Assembly: GCA_051294375.1 (NCBI GenBank)
Contig: JBJCIZ010000698.1
Coordinates: forward strand, 1-46,098
From: Paraspadella gotoi
Lineage: Eukaryota > Animalia > Chaetognatha
Direction: 5' to 3'
DNA: 46,098 nt
Shown: one piece after another, positions 43,530-46,098 of the stretch
How the letters are laid out: every line of letters begins with the position of its first letter
Position numbering within the stretch: the first letter of the stretch is position 1
The notes under the pieces: generated by a model
What the model was told of the DNA's origin: nothing
The model's input: only the letters and a program-made list of their open reading frames with translations
The model's database searches: none
Program-made: the position numbers and the translations under genes

Positions 43530-46050
43530 TGCAACAAAAAAAAATTCCATAACCCCGTGGTTATGCACAGCAACGAATTCTTGCCCCATGGATATTTTTT
43601 CCGTCCTTGATAAGGGCCGACGTTACTCATGTTACGAATCGTGGTTTTGAGGTCATCGCTGCCGCCATGAAGCAGTTTGGACCAACGTTTTCCACATCTT
43701 TTTTGCCTATATTTTAAAACATTGTTTGATTTGGGTGATTTGGAATAAACATTCTTATCTAATTTTTACAAGTATGAGATGTTGAAATTGAAATTGACCT
43801 GAATATCCAGAAAGTTGATGTTTCCTCCTTAAAACCGTTGATCAATTTTTTGCTTGATATCTCGAAGCCCAGGTCCCAGAAGGTTGGTTGACATTCCGAC
43901 TGCGTCTTAAAGGTAAACTCTGTAGAGAAATTATCAACTACAGAATTTTTGACAACAATATATGGTGAGATTTTTTTATAATAATGTAATAATTAATATT
44001 TAATTTATTAATATCAAAAAGCCTAGACGCTCACATTGGTTGCGTAAAAGCCACAACGGGTTCCAAGAGAGAAAGCCAGCCTTGAACGGATATCACTTGT
44101 ACAGACTGAAAAAATTATTTTATTAAAATCAATAGTATGATACCAGATCGGAAGTTAAATTTTTTAAGTTAACAACATAATATCATGGACCTGTATAATG
44201 ATCTTTAAATACCATCAAAAATCATTTTTGATTTTCCAATTGCGATGCTCTCAGTACCAAACGGGCAAATTAGTGGCAGCCGTCGCTAAACTTCCAAATT
44301 GTTACCTAAAAAAAGTGAATAAGTGAATTATCGTGAGATTGATTGAATGATTAATCGTGAGATTATGCTTAGCAAAAAATGTCCGATATCATTGCGTTCA
44401 ACTACACAATGCCCTTAGCAAAAAAAACAGTAAGCAAAGTAAACGAGCCACGCCCACATTTTCCTTTCCTAAAATTTCTTCCTCAATGATCGTCCAATTC
44501 GTGCTCTTCTCCCTCGAAGAAAAAGCGTTTTCGTCAGCGCAACTTCAACAGAGTCATTGGTTCTCGCTTCGGCGACATCAAAGAGAAAAAAGTTCGGTGG
44601 CTTGAGGATTTTTCTATTTTCGTTTGAATCAATTTCTCCAGAGTCATTCGTGTCCGGAGAGAAACGTTTCCTTCGTCGGACGACCCTCTTTAAATTAGTT
44701 AATATTTTTATAAATTAAACGACTATCATGGTTATTATTTAGAAAAAATTTGTCACCTAATTTAAAAGGGTCCAGACTGATTTCCAATCCTTGGTCGAAA
44801 AGACCTCGTAAAATTCCAGTATGAGTAGACATTGCGTGCATTCCCTGCCAAAAGTTAGTTTTCAATATTTAACAAAATTAAAACCGATACGTTTTTACGA
44901 AATAAAACGATACCATGATAATTTGTCAGCCAGGATTGCTGTCCCGAAATGTCTTCCCCGCTGATAAGTGTTCATTACGACGTAACATTTCTGGAACTTT
45001 TATCAAGGTACACCTGGACAAAGAAAATTGTTTATCTCAAAGAAATCATCCATCAATCATTAAGCAGAATCATTAATCATCATCCACATTATCCATGTTC
45101 TCCATGTCAACCTGTAGAGCAGGCTTAAAGGAGTCGTAGTTCCACGGCCTGTTGCTGCTTTCTCCACCAAATTCCGCAAACTTCAGCCACACCTTCGTGA
45201 CGTCTTTCAGGGAGACGTCCACTTTCTCCAAACTCCTCAGCGCCATCGCTTCCGCACATCGTCATTTCCGTTTTCACCCATCTTTTCCCCGAACTCGATC
45301 CTAACGAAGGCGAAGATGCCGCCGTCGAAAATCCTCTGCCGGCAGCAACGTCATCAGGCGTAGAGCGGAGGTTTCGCGCGTGACTGACGGAGAGTGTGGC
45401 TGTGGGTTGTGGAGATCGTTCGCTCTGTAGAGGATTGTCCGTTTATAAGAAAAATAAAAATAAATTAAAGGTTATACCACTTCATTGATAGGGAAGCCGG
45501 TCTCACGGAGTGATAAACGCTGTGAGAGAGTCTTGATTGAAAGCTTGCAGAAGGACCTCTATGCATTATCTTGTAAGATAAGTGAGGCCTTTAGGCCTGT
45601 CCAAAGTCAGGGAGCAAAGATAGCTTATTTTTTAAATGAAGAGTGATATTTTTTTATATTGTCGTACCAATTTCATGAAATAATTAATCATAATAATAAA
45701 TATAATAATAATAATAATAATAATTAGACTGTTTAATAATGTGAAAATATAGCGGGAATTTCCAACTTCAAACTCCTTATAATGGCCGATAGAAAAGCAA
45801 TCTTAATTGTGACTAGCTAAAGAAATAACAAAATGACTAAATAACAAAATATTAACTCACCAAACTCATCACATCAAAAACGACGCCCTGGGAAATAACA
45901 AAACAATGAGAAAATAGTAATATTTATGTAATCTCCGTACCTGACTGGCTTTTCGAAAGATATCCCACCATCAAAATTCAAACCCTGGATTTGTAAGCGA
46001 GATGAATACCAGAGTTGATTGTGAATCTTCGCCGGTCCCCTGGAAATGGA
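43530..46050 (-). other. Exon/intron-like patterned region (flanking host gene, pseudogene or decayed element); no consistent reading frame recovered
   Basis: Alternating moderate-GC blocks bounded by minus-strand AG/GT signals and short AT-rich spacers. Attempted joins hit stop codons. Confidence 0.3.
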
Positions 46051-46098
46051 ACGTAAGTAAGTTTGGATAAACTTAGATCACAGAAGAAACACACAACA

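Overview
Eukaryotic, AT-rich, microsatellite-rich draft-assembly sequence. About the first 40-42.6 kb is an endogenous Maverick/Polinton-type DNA virus (polintovirus/adintovirus-like) whose core genes are broken up by spliceosomal introns, so the ORF track shows only fragments. Manual splicing gives two divergent blocks. Leftward: packaging ATPase, a ~800-aa orphan, an acidic protein, DD(35)E integrase, penton-like minor capsid, major capsid, adenain-type cysteine protease, small basic proteins and a mucin-like membrane protein. Rightward: a zinc-finger/low-complexity protein, a coiled-coil protein, a 10-exon protein-primed DNA polymerase B and a multi-exon orphan. Several introns fall inside catalytic motifs. 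The 1.6-kb intron in the ATPase Walker A motif carries a cluster of GC-rich GNA-triloop hairpins. A 6.8-kb tandem duplication across a 25-N gap is probably an assembly artefact. Element termini are not established. All exon models were built by eye and need RNA-seq or homology confirmation.
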